Part shown: positions 9,701-22,400 of the stretch, one piece after another
Position numbering within the stretch: the stretch's first letter is position 1
Layout of the letters: every line of letters starts with the position of its first letter
Assembly (NCBI GenBank): GCA_036172245.1
Contig: JAYWIR010000007.1
Coordinates: 3,906,001 to 3,970,000, forward strand
From: Raillietiella orientalis
Lineage: Eukaryota
Direction: 5' to 3'
Length of the DNA: 64,000 bases
Made by a program: the position numbers and the translations under genes
The notes under the pieces: model-generated
Databases searched by the model: none
Told to the model about the DNA's origin: nothing
Seen by the model: the letters and a program-made list of their open reading frames with translations, nothing else

Positions 9701-12560
9701 ATTCCAATGTCGGGTGGTCGATCGTAGTGACTTCGAAGCTCACTCCCGCTTGGCACGCCAAGTGCAACTCTGGAAGGAGGAAAAGGGAGAAAAGCGCATC
9801 GGACTTTCGTCGAGGAGCTTCCTCGGGGGGAAGGTTAGCTCCGAGGGTCGCCGTGCCTGCGAGGAGAGATTCGTCGAGATGTTCCTATACTGGTTTGTTG
9901 GCCAACTGAAGAGACTCTTCAAGGGAAACGAGGGAAGGCACAAAGCGAAGCATGGAATGCGGAGAGACCGCTGGCCGTGGCGGCCCACAGACGACCGGGG
10001 GAATCGCCGGGGCAGCTCGGCCGACCGGAACTACTTCCAGATGCACCAGAACGCTTGCACTTTCACGCTTCAGACAACGAAGTGCGGAATGGGAAGCAAG
10101 AAGTGGGAACTTGCAAAGGGAGGGGAAGTATCCTAGGATTGGGGCTCGAGAAACAGGAAGGAAAAGCTCGCCTTAGAGCAACAGGCCCCGCTCGGCGGTA
10201 GCAGGCGCTGAGCTCAACAGGACGCACACGGAAGAAGAGCGTGCCGGGGGAAACAGCGCCTCAACCGTCAAGGGGAGCGGCAGCCTGGCAGCGGTATGTT
10301 CCGATGAGGGGATCAGGGACCAAGCAGCTCATCCAGAAACTGGGAATTCCAATGATGGGTGTTCGATCGCAGTGACTTCGAAGCTCACTCCACTTGGCAC
10401 GCCAAGTGCAACTCTAGAGGAGGGAAAAGGGAGAAAAGCGCATCACGGACTTTCGTCGAGGAGCTTCCTCGGGGGGAAGGTTAGCTCCCGATGGGTCGCC
10501 GTGCCTGCGAGGAGAGATTCGTCGAGATGTTCCTATAATGGTTTGTTGGCCAACTGAAGCGACTCTTCAAGGGAAACGTGAGAAGACACAAAGCGAAGCA
10601 TGGAACGCGGAGAGCCCGCTGGCCGTGGCGGCCCACAGACGACCGGCGGAATCGCCGGGGCAACTCGGCCGACCGGAACTACTTTCAGATGCACCACAAC
10701 GCATGCACTTTCACGCTCCAGACGACGAAGTGCGGAATGGGAAGCAAGGGAAGTGGGAACTTGCAAGGAGGAGAAGTATCCTAGGATTGGGTCTGGAGAA
10801 ACAGGAAGGAAAAGCTCGCCTTAGAGCAACAGGCCCGCTCGGCGGTAGCGAGCGCTGAGCTCAACAGGACGCACGGAAGAGGCGTGCCGGGGGAAACAGC
10901 GCCTCAACCGTCAAGGGCAGCAACCTGGCAGCGGCATGTTCCGAAGGGGGATCAGGGACCAAGCAGCGCACATCCCGAAACTGGAATTCAATGTTGGGTG
11001 GTCGATCAGTGACTTCGAAGCTCACGCCACTTGGCACGCCAAGTATGGCAGCTCTGGAGGAGGGAAAAGGGAGAAAGCGCATCACGGACTTTCGTCGAGG
11101 AGCTTCCTCGGGGGATTAGCTCGAGGGGTCGCCGTGCCTGCGAGGAGAGATTCGTCGAGATGTTCCTATAATGGTTTTTTGGCCAACTGAAGCGACTCTT
11201 CAAGGGAAACGTGGGAAGACACAAAGCGAAGCATGGAACGCGGAGAGCCCACTGGCCGTGGCGGCCCACAGACGACCGGCGGAATCGCCGGGGCAACTCG
11301 GCCGACCGGAACTACTTCCAGATGCACCAGAACGCTTGCACTTTCACGCTTCAGACAACGAAGTGCGGAATGGGAAGCAAGGGAAGTGGGAACTTGCAAG
11401 GAGGGGAAGTATCCTAGGATTGGGGCTCGAGAAACAGGAAGGAAAAGCTCGCCTTAGAGCAACAGGCCCGCTCGGCGGTAGCGAGCGCTGAGCTCAGCAG
11501 GACGCACGGAAGAGGCGTGCCGGGGGAAACAGCGCCTCAACCGTCAAGGGGAGCGGCAACCTGGCAGCGGCATGTTCCGATGGGGGATCAGGGACCAAGC
11601 AGCGCATCCAGAAACTGGGAATTCCAATGTTGGGTGGTCGATCGTAGTGACTTCGAAGCTCACTCCACTTGGCACGCCAAGTGCACCTCTGGAGGAGGGA
11701 AAAGGGAGAAAAGCGCATCACGGACTTTCGTCGAGGAGCTTCCTCGGGGGGAAGGTTAGCTCCCGAGGGGTCGCCGTGCCTGCGAGGAGAGATTCGTCGA
11801 GATGTTCCTATAATGGTTTTTTGGCCAACTGAAGCGACTCTTCAAGGGAAACGGGGGAAGACACAAAGCGAAGCATGGAACGCGGAGAGCCCGCTGGCCG
11901 TGGCGGCCCACAGACGACCGGCGGAATCGCCGGGGCAACTCGGCCGACCGGAACTACTTCCAGATGCACCAGAACGCTTGCACTTTCACGCTTCAGACAA
12001 CGAAGTGCGGACTGGGAAGCAAGGGAAGTGGGACCTTGCAAGGAGGGGAAGTATCCTAGGATTGGGGCTCGAGAAACAGGAAGGAAAAGCTCGCCTTAGA
12101 GCAACAGGCCCGCTCGGCGGTAGCGAGCGCTGAGCTCAGCAGGACGCACGGAAGAGGCGTGCCGGGGGAAACAGCGCCTCAACCGTCAAGGGGAGCGGCA
12201 ACCTGGCAGCGGTATGTTCCGATGGGGGATCAGGGACCAAGCAGCGCATCCAGAAACTGGGAATTCCAATGTTGGGTGGTCGATCGTAGTGACTTCGAAG
12301 CTCACTCCACTTGGCACGCCAAGTGCAACTCTGGAGGAGGGAAAAGGGAGAAAAGCGCATCACGGACTTTCGTCGAGGAGCTTCCTCGGGGGGAAGGTTA
12401 GCTCCCGAGGGGTTGCCGTGCCTGCGAGGACAGATTCGTCGAGATGTTCCTATAATGGTTTTTCGGCCAGCTGAAGCGACTCTTCAAGGGAACCGTGCGA
12501 AGACACAAAGCGATGCTTTGCTCGCGGAAGGTCCTCTGGCCCTGTCGGCCCTCAGACGAC
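6788..12560. repeat. Tandem array A: ~642-bp GC-rich monomer, ~9 copies, truncated on the left by the gap
   Basis: Marker CTGGCCGTGGCGGCCCACAGACG recurs at 6788, 7422, ~8080 (noisy), 8690, 9336, 9971, 10619, 11252, 11894 and ~12536 (noisy). The last clean copies are 642 bp apart and nearly identical. Confidence 0.97.
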
Positions 12561-12935
12561 GAAGGCAATCGCCCTTCTGGTCCAGATCGTCTGCTGGATA
12601 AGTTGGAACGACTTCACTGTCACGCTTGAAAGGAATCCAATTTAAGGCAATGCAAAAATCCTCTCTAGTGGAAGGGGCGTGTGGGTGGTTGTGGGTTGCC
12701 AAGAAGAGAAACGGATAGGTTGCTTGGAAGGGGTTGGCCCGCCAGTGGAAAGGGGCGCTTTTGTTGTGGAAGGATGCGGAAGCGATGCTATGTCTTCATG
12801 GGTGCGTCTGCGCACTCCATGAGGGAGAGCAGTGGAAGCAAAAGTAGGTTTGTCGTCAAGATCCAAAATTCGAGGGTTCATTCCCCATGAAAAAAGGGCT
12901 TTAAAAAAAAGGTGGGGATGTCTGTAATCGGTGGG

Positions 12936-13210
12936 TTTCTTTTTTTTTTCTTTCTTTCTGTTTTTTTCTTTTCTTTTTTTTTTCTTTTCTTTTTTTTTTC
13001 TTTTCTTTTTTTTTCTTTTGTTTCTTTTTTTTCTTTTCTTTTTTTTTTCATCGATTTTTTTTTCTTTTCGTATCTTTTTTTTCTTTTCTTTTAATTTTTT
13101 TTCTTTTTTTTGCTTTTCATTTTTTTTCGTTGCTTTTGATTTTTAATTCGTTTTTTTTTACGTTTCTATATTTTTTATTTCTAAGATTCATTTTTCCATT
13201 TTCTTTTGTT
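12936..13210. repeat. T-rich low-complexity tract in the noisy junction between the arrays
   Basis: About 270 nt of T runs broken mainly by single C; looks like an expanded or noisy version of the T tract inside the array B monomer. Confidence 0.85.
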
Positions 13211-13499
13211 TAAAAATTTATGTGACTAAGTTCCCGATAAAAATTCAAATCCCTACAGCAATGGTCAATTGGTGAGCGAGTTGCAGATTCAAGTTTTCAA
13301 CAACATGCCATTCCAACAGAATCAATATTTGCAAAAATCCCAAAAAAGGCGTTGCGAAATTGCAATAACTTTCAGATCCCCGTGAAAAAAGTGAAAAAAA
13401 GTGGGGAATTCCAGCAAAAATGGAGGGCCATGCCTAGGGGACAAAATTCAAGTGCACAACGAATAGGACACTTTGGGCAAATAAACCGGAAAAGAATTC

Positions 13500-16400
13500 C
13501 TGACATCGAAGAGGATGGGGAGAGAAGGGGAGGACATGGGGATGTTCATTTCAAATAGTCATGAACGGGGTGGACTGCTCCTGGAGGGAGCAGCGGGTGC
13601 GAAACCACGTGGTCGTGGTTGACAGATCGACGGGTGTGCTGGATGGATCCAGAAGTGAAGCGAACGAACCAACTGTTTCAAGTGGCCTACCTTCACGACC
13701 AATTGTCGTCTTGTGGCTGTCTCCAGGGATGGATGTATCCTGATACCGCAGCTTCCAGAGGTGGATGAGGCGTGTTTTTCTTTCTGTTGCTTTTTTTTTT
13801 TTTTTTTCTCCCTTTTCTTTTTTTTTTTTTTTTTTTCACCTGGAAATGTTGAGGTCACCCATGTAAAGAAAGGCACGCCAATCGTTCCCCAGACAACCGA
13901 TGCTGTGTGCAATTGGGAGGAGCACGAAGATCTCCCATATGCACAATCATTGTTTCAAGAAAATCCCCTTCCTTCGGAGAACCGATCGAAATCTTTACAA
14001 AAACATGAAATGACGTTGGTGACCGCTGGCTGGAATGCTTTCCAGGCCTTGGGATGCCGCGGGGGGAAAAGGAGGCAGAAACTGTGCAATATGATGCCTG
14101 AGGCATCGCAATGCCGCGTCCACAAAGTCGAACTTCATAAACAGAAGACAATTTGGGGAAATCGAAACGAAATAAATTCCGAACGTCCACGAGGATGGAG
14201 GGAGATGGGGAGGACTTGGGGATGTTCATTTCCGATGGTCATGGAGGGCAAGGATTGCTCCTGGAGGGAGTAGCGGAAGCGAAACCACGTGGTCGTGGTT
14301 GACAGATCGACGGGTGAGAAGGATGGATCCAGAAGTGAAGCGAACGAACCAACTGTTCCGAGTGGCCTACCTTCACGACCGGTTGTCGTCTTGTGGCTGT
14401 CCCCAGGGATGGATGTATCCTGATCCCGCAGCTTCCAGAGGTGGATGAGGCGTGTTTTTCCTTCTGTTGCTTTTTTTTTTTTTCTTCCTCTTTCTTTTTT
14501 TTTTTTTCTTCCTTTTCTTTTTTTTTTTTTTTTCCTGGAAATTTTGAAGGCACCGATGTAAAGAAACACCAACCAATCGTTCCCCAGAAAACCGTTCCTG
14601 TGTGCAATCGGGAGGAGCACGAAGATCTCCAAGATGCACAATCATTTTTTCAAGAAAATCCCCTTCCTTCGGAGAACCGATCGAAATCTTTACAAAACCA
14701 TGAAATGACTTTGGTGACCGCTGGCTGGAATGCTTTCCAGGCCTTGGGATGCCGCGGGGGAAAAAGAAGGCAGAAACTGTGGAATATGATGCCTGAGGCA
14801 TCGCAATGCCGCGTCCACAAAGTCGAACTTCATAACAAGAAGACAATTTGCGGAAATCGAAACGAAATAAATTCGGAACGTCCACGTGGATGGGGGGAGA
14901 TGGGGAGGACCTGGGGATGTTCATTACCGATGGTCATGGAGGACAAGGATTGCTCCTGGAGGGAGTAGCGGAAGCGAAACCGCGTGGTCGGGGTGGACAG
15001 ATCGACGGGTGTGGTGGATGGATCCAGAAGTGAAGCGAACGAACCAACTGTTCCGAGTGGCCTACCTTCACGACCGGTTGTCGTCTTGTGGCTGTCTCCA
15101 GGGATGGATGTATCCTGATCCCGCAGCTTCCAGAGGTGGATGAGGCGTGTTTTTCCTTCTGTTGCTTTTTTTTTTTTCTTCCTTTTCTTTTTTTTTTTTT
15201 TTTTTCCACCTGGAAATTTTGAAGGCACCGATGTAAAGAAACACCAACCAATCGTTCCCCAGACAACCGTTCCTGTGTGCAATCGGGAGGAGCACGAAGA
15301 TCTCCAAGATGCACAATCATTTTTTCAAGAAAATCCCCTTCCTTCGGAGAACCGATCGAAATCTTTACAAAACCATGAAATGACTTTGGTGACCGCTGGG
15401 TGGAATGCTTTCCAGGCCTTGGGATGCCGCGGGGGGAAAACGAGGCAGAAATTGTGGAATATGATGCCAGAGGCATCGCAATGCCGCGTCCACAAAGTCG
15501 AACTTCATAACAAGAAGACAATTTGCGGAAATCGAAACGAAATAAATTCCGAACGTCCACGAGGATGGAGGGAGATGGGGAGGACTTGGGGATGTTCATT
15601 TCCGATGGTCATGGAGGGCAAGGATTGCTCCTGGAGGGAGTAGCGGAAGCGAAACCACGTGGTCGTGGTTGACAGATCGACGGGTGAGAAGGATGGATCC
15701 AGAAGTGAAGCGAACGAACCAACTGTTCCGAGTGGCCTACCTTCACGACCGGTTGTCGTCTTGTGGCTGTCCCCAGGGATGGATGTATCCTGATCCCGCA
15801 GCTTCCAGAGGTGGATGAGGCGTGTTTTTCCTTCTGTTGCTTTTTTTTTTTTTTTTCTTCCTTTTCTTTTTTTTTTTTCTTCCTTTCTTTTTTTTTTTCC
15901 ACCTGAAATTTTGAAGGCACCGATGTAAAGAAACACCAACCAATCGTTCCCCAGACAACCGTTCCTGTGTGCAATCGGGAGGAGCACGAAGATCTCCAAG
16001 ATGCACAATCATTTTTTCAAGAAAATCCCCTTCCTTCGGAGAACCGATCGAAATCTTTACAAAACCATGAAATGACTTGGTGACCGCTGGCTGGAATGCT
16101 TTCCAGGCCTTGGGATGCCGCGGGGGGAAAACGAGGCAGAAATTGTGGAATATGATGCCAGAGGCATCGCAATGCCGCGTCCACAAAGTCGAACTTCATA
16201 ACAAGAAGACAATTTGCGGAAATCGAAACGAAATAAATTCGGAACGTCCACGTGGATGGGGGGAGATGGGGAGGACCTGGGGATGTTCATTTCCGATGGT
16301 CATGGAGGGCAAGGATTGCTCCTGGAGGGAGCAGCGGAAGCGAAACCGCGTGGTCGGGGTGGACAGATCGACGGGTGTGAAGGATGGATCCAGAAGTGAA

Positions 16401-19400
16401 GCGAACGAACCAACTGTTCCAAGTGGCCTACCTTCACGACCGGTTGTCGTCTTGTGGCTGTCTCCAGGGATGGATGTATCCTGATCCCGCAGCTTCCAGA
16501 GGTGGATGAGGCGTGTTTTTCCTTCTGTTGCTTTTTTTTTTTTTTTCTTCCTTTTTTTTTTTTTTTTTTCTTCCTTTTCTTTTTTTTTTCCACCTGGAAA
16601 TTTTGAAGGCACCGATGTAAAGAAACACCAACCAATCGTTCCCCAGACAACCGTTCCTGTGTGCAATCGGGAGGAGCACGAAGATCTCCAAGATGCACAA
16701 TCATTTTTTCAAGAAAATCCCCTTCCTTCGGAGAACCGATCGAAATCTTTACAAAACCATGAAATGACTTTGGTGACCGCTGGGTGGAATGCTTTCCAGG
16801 CCTTGGGATGCCGCGGGGGGAAAAGAGGCAGAAACTGTGGAATATGATGCCTGAGGCATCGCAATGCCGCGTCCACAAAGTCGAACTTCATAACAAGAAG
16901 ACAATTTGCGGAAATCGAAACGAAATAAATTCGGAACGTCCACGTGGATGGGGGGAGATGGGGAGGACCTGGGGATGTTCATTTCCGATGGTCATGGAGG
17001 GCAAGGATTGCTCCTGGAGGGAGTAGCGGAAGCGAAACCGCGTGGTCGGGGTGGACAGATCGACGGGTGTGGTGGATGGATCCAGAAGTGAAGCGAACGA
17101 ACCAACTGTTCCGAGTGGCCTACCTTCACGACCGGTTGTCGTCTTGTGGCTGTCTCCAGGGATGGATGTATCCTGATCCCGCAGCTTCCAGAGGTGGATG
17201 AGGCGTGTTTTTCCTTCTGTTGCTTTTTTTTTTTTTTCTTCCTTTTCTTTTTTTTTTTTCTTCCTTTTCTTTTTTTTTTTCCACCTGGAAATTTTGAAGG
17301 CACCGATGTAAAGAAACACCAACCAATCGTTCCCCAGACAACCGTTCCTGTGTGCAATCGGGAGGAGCACGAAGATCTCCAAGATGCACAATCATTTTTT
17401 CAAGAAAATCCCCTTCCTTCGGAGAACCGATCGAAATCTTTACAAAACCATGAAATGACTTTGGTGACCGCTGGGTGGAATGCTTTCCAGGCCTTGGGAT
17501 GCCGCGGGGGGAAAAGGAGGCAGAAACTGTGGAATATGATGCCTGAGGCATCGCAATGCCGCGTCCACAAAGTCGAACTTCATAACAAGAAGACAATTTG
17601 CGGAAATCGAAACGAAATAAATTCGGAACGTCCACGTGGATGGGGGGAGATGGGGAGGACCTGGGGATGTTCATTTCCGATGGTCATGGAGGGCAAGGAT
17701 TGCTCCTGGAGGGAGCAGCGGAAGCGAAACCGCGTGGTCGGGGTGGACAGATCGACGGGTGAGAAGGATGGATCCAGAAGTGAAGCGAACGAACCAACTG
17801 TTCCGAGTGGCCTACCTTCACGACCGGTTGTCGTCTTGTGGCTGTCTCCAGGGATGGATGTATCCTGATCCCGCAGCTTCCAGAGGTGGATGAGGCGTGT
17901 TTTTCCTTCTGTTGCTTTTTTTTTTTTTTTCTTCCTTTTCTTTTTTTTTTTCTTCCTTTTCTTTTTTTTTTTTTCCACCTGGAAATTTTGAAGGCACCGA
18001 TGTAAAGAAACACCAACCAATCGTTCCCCAGACAACCGTTCCTGTGTGCAATCGGGAGGAGCACGAAGATCTCCAAGATGCACAATCATTTTTTCAAGAA
18101 AATCCCCTTCCTTCGGAGAACCGATCGAAATCTTTACAAAACCATGAAATGACTTTGGTGACCGCTGGCTGGAATGCTTTCCAGGCCTTGGGATGCCGCG
18201 GGGGAAAAAGGAGGCAGAAACTGTGGAATATGATGCCTGAGGCATCGCAATGCCGCGTCCACAAAGTCGAACTTCATAACAAGAAGACAATTTGCGGAAA
18301 TCGAAATCCGCGAAATAAATTCGGAACGTCCACGTGGATGGGGGGAGATGGGGAGGACCTGGGGATGTTCATTTCCGATGGTCATGGAGGGCAAGGATTG
18401 CTCCTGGAGGGAGTAGCGGAAGCGAAACCGCGTGGTCGGGGTGGACAGATCGACGGGTGTGGTGGATGGATCCAGAAGTGAAGCGAACGAACCAACTGTT
18501 CCGAGTGGCCTACCTTCACGACCGGTTGTCGTCTTGTGGCTGTCTCCAGGGATGGATGTATCCTGATCCCGCAGCTTCCAGAGGTGGATGAGGCGTGTTT
18601 TTCCTTCTGTTGCTTTTTTTTTTTTTCTTCCTTTTCTTTTTTTTTTTTTTTCTTCCTTTCTTTTTTTTTTTTTTTTCCACCTGGAAATTTTGAAGGCACC
18701 GATGTAAAGAAACACCAACCAATCGTTCCCAGACAACCGTTCCTGTGTGCAATCGGGAGGAGCACGAAGACTCTGGGTGATAACAATCATTTTTTCAAGA
18801 AGATCCCCTCTTCCTTCGGAGAACCGATCGAAATCTTTACGAAACCATGAAATGACGTTGGCGACCGCTGGCTGGAATGCTTTCCAGGCCTTGGGATGCC
18901 GCGGGGGAAAAAGGAGGCAGAAACTGTGGAATATGATGCCAGAGGCATCGCAATGCCGCATCCACAAAATCGAACCTCATAACAAGAAGACAAACTGGGG
19001 AAATCGAAACGAAATAAATTCCGCACGTCCACGAGGATGGAGGGAGACGGGGAGGACCTGGGGATGTTCATTTCCGATGGTCATGGAGGCCAAGGATTGG
19101 TCCTGGAGGGAGCAGCGGAAGCGAAACCGCGTGGTCGGGGTGGACAGATCGACGGGTGTGAAGGATGGATCCAGAAGTGAAGCGAACGAACCAACTGTTC
19201 CGAGTGGCCTACCTTCACGACAGTTTGCCGTCTTGTGGCTGCCTCCATGGATGGATATATGCTGATCCCGCTGCTTCCAGAGGTGGATGAGGAGTGTTTT
19301 TCCTTCTGTTGCTTTTTTTTTTTTTTTTTTTTTTTCCTTTTTTTTTTTTTTTTTTTCTTCCTTTCTTTTTTTTTTTTTTTTTTTCCACCTGGAAATTTTG

Positions 19401-22400
19401 AAGGCACCGATGTAAAGAAACACCAACCAATCGTTCCCCAGACAACCGTTCCTGTGTGCAATCGGGAGGAGCACGAAGATCTCCAAGATGCACAATCATT
19501 TTTTCAAGAAAATCCCCTTCCTTCGGAGAACCGATCGAAATCTTTACAAAACCATGAAATGACTTTGGTGACCGCTGGCTGGAATGCTTTCCAGGCCTTG
19601 GGATGCCGCGGGGGGAAAAGGAGGCAGAAACTGTGGAATATGATGCCTGAGGCATCGCAATGCCGCGTCCACAAAGTCGAACTTCATAACAAGAAGACAA
19701 TTTGCGGAAATCGAAACGAAATAAATTCGGAACGTCCACGTGGATGGGGGGAGATGGGGAGGACCTGGGGATGTTCATTTCCGATGGTCATGGAGGGCAA
19801 GGATTGCTCCTGGAGGGAGCAGCGGAAGCGAAACCGCGTGGTCGGGGTGGACAGATCGACGGGTGAGAAGGATGGATCCAGAAGTGAAGCGAACGAACCA
19901 ACTGTTCCGAGTGGCCTACCTTCACGACCGGTTGTCGTCTTGTGGCTGTCTCCAGGGATGGATGTATCCTGATCCCGCAGCTTCCAGAGGTGGATGAGGC
20001 GTGTTTTTCCTTCTGTTGCTTTTTTTTTTTTTTTTTCTTCCTTTTTTTTTTTTTTTTTCTTCCTTTTTTTTTTTTTTTTCCACCTGGAAATTTTGAAGGC
20101 ACCGATGTAAAGAAACACCAACCAATCGTTCCCCAGACAACCGTTCCTGTGTGCAATCGGGAGGAGCACGAAGATCTCCAAGATGCACAATCATTTTTTC
20201 AAGAAAATCCCCTTCCTTCGGAGAACCGATCGAAATCTTTACAAAACCATGAAATGACTTTGGTGACCGCTGGGTGGAATGCTTTCCAGGCCTTGGGATG
20301 CCGCGGGGGAAAAGGAGGCAGAAACTGTGCAATATGATGCCTGAGGCATCGCAATGCCGCGTCCACAAAGTCGAACTTCATAACAAGAAGACAATTTGCG
20401 GAAATCGAAACGAAATAAATTCGGAACGTCCACGTGGATGGGGGGAGATGGGGAGGACCTGGGGATGTTCATTACCGATGGTCATGGAGGACAAGGATTG
20501 CTCCTGGAGGGAGTAGCGGAAGCGAAACCGCGTGGTCGGGGTGGACAGATCGACGGGTGTGGTGGATGGATCCAGAAGTGAAGCGAACGAACCAACTGTT
20601 CCGAGTGGCCTACCTTCACGACCGGTTGTCGTCTTGTGGCTGTCTCCAGGGATGGATGTATCCTGATCCCGCAGCTTCCAGAGGTGGATGAGGCGTGTTT
20701 TTCCTTCTGTTGCTTTTTTTTTTCTTCCTTTTCTTTTTTTTTTTTTTTTTTCTTCCTTTTCTTTTTTTTTTTTTTTTTTCCACCTGGAAATTTTGAAGGC
20801 ACCGATGTAAAGAAACACCAACCAATCGTTCCCCAGACAACCGTTCCTGTGTGCAATCGGGAGGAGCACGAAGATCTCCAAGATGCACAATCATTTTTTC
20901 AAGAAAATCCCCTTCCTTCGGAGAACCGATCGAAATCTTTACAAAACCATGAAATGACTTTGGTGACCGCTGGCTGGAATGCTTTCCAGGCCTTGGGATG
21001 CCGCGGGGGGAAAAGGAGGCAGAAACTGTGGAATATGATGCCTGAGGCATCGCAATGCCGCGTCCACAAAGTCGAACTTCATAACAAGAAGACAATTTGC
21101 GGAAATCGAAACGAAATAAATTCGGAACGTCCACGTGAATGGGGGGAGATGGGGAGGACCTGGGGATGTTCATTTCCGATGGTGATGGAGGGCAAGGATT
21201 GCTCCTGGAGGGAGCAGCGGAAGCGAAACCGCGTGGTCGGGGTGGACAGATCGACGGTTGAGAAGGATGGATCCAGAAGTGAAGCGAACGAACCAACGGT
21301 TCCGAGTGGCCTACCTTCACGACCGGTTGTCGTCTTGTGGCTGTCTCCAGGGATGGATGTATCCTGATCCCGCAGCTTCCAGAGGTGGATGAGGCGTGTT
21401 TTTCCTTCTGTTGCTTTTTTTTTTTTTTTTTCTTCCTTTTTTTTTTTTTTTTTCTTCCTTTTCTTTTTTTTTTTTTTTTTCCACCTGGAAATTTTGAAGG
21501 CACCGATGTAAAGAAACACCAACCAATCGTTCCCCAGACAACCCTTCCTGTGTGCAATCGGGAGGAGCACGAAGATCTCCAAGATGCACAATCATTTTTT
21601 CAAGAAAATCCCCTTCCTTCGGAGAACCGATCGAAATCTTTACAAAACCATGAAATGACTTTGGTGACCGCTGGCTGGAATGCTTTCCAGGCCTTGGGAT
21701 GCCGCGGGGGGAAAAGGAGGCAGAAACTGTGGAATATGATGCCTGAGGCATCGCAATGCCGCGTCCACAAAGTCGAACTTCATAACAAGAAGACAATTTG
21801 CGGAAATCGAAACGAAATAAATTCCGAACGTCCACGAGGATGGAGGGAGATGGGGAGGACTTGGGGATGTTCATTTCCGATGGTCATGGAGGGCAAGGAT
21901 TGCTCCTGGAGGGAGTAGCGGAAGCGAAACCACGTGGTCGTGGTTGACAGATCGACGGGTGAGAAGGATGGATCCAGAAGTGAAGCGAACGAACCAACTG
22001 TTCCGAGTGGCCTACCTTCACGACCGGTTGTCGTCTTGTGGCTGTCCCCAGGGATGGATGTATCCTGATCCCGCAGCTTCCAGAGGTGGATGAGGCGTGT
22101 TTTTCCTTCTGTTGCTTTTTTTTTTTTTTTTCTTCCTTTTCTTTTTTTTTTTTTTTTCTTCCTTTTCTTTTTTTTTTTTTTTTTTCCACCTGGAAATTTT
22201 GTAGGCACCGATGTAAAGAAACACCAACCAATCGTTCCCCAGACAACCGTTCCTGTGTGCAATCGGGAGGAGCACGAAGATCTCCAAGATGCACAATCAT
22301 TTTTTCAAGAAAATCCCCTTCCTTCGGAGAACCGATCGAAATCTTTACAAAACCATGAAATGACTTTGGTGACCGCTGGGTGGAATGCTTTCCAGGCCTT

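Noticed and set aside
11187..11225. Hammerhead-like CTGAAGCG...GAAAC in array A
   Set aside because: The core is CUGAAGC rather than CUGANGA in nearly all copies, and I could not build stems I-III with a UH cleavage triplet.
6794..12601. Repeated ORFs in array A (unit length 642 is a multiple of 3)
   Set aside because: All three plus frames contain stops within the monomer, minus-strand ORFs are short, and copies differ by frameshifting indels; no recognisable intact domain.
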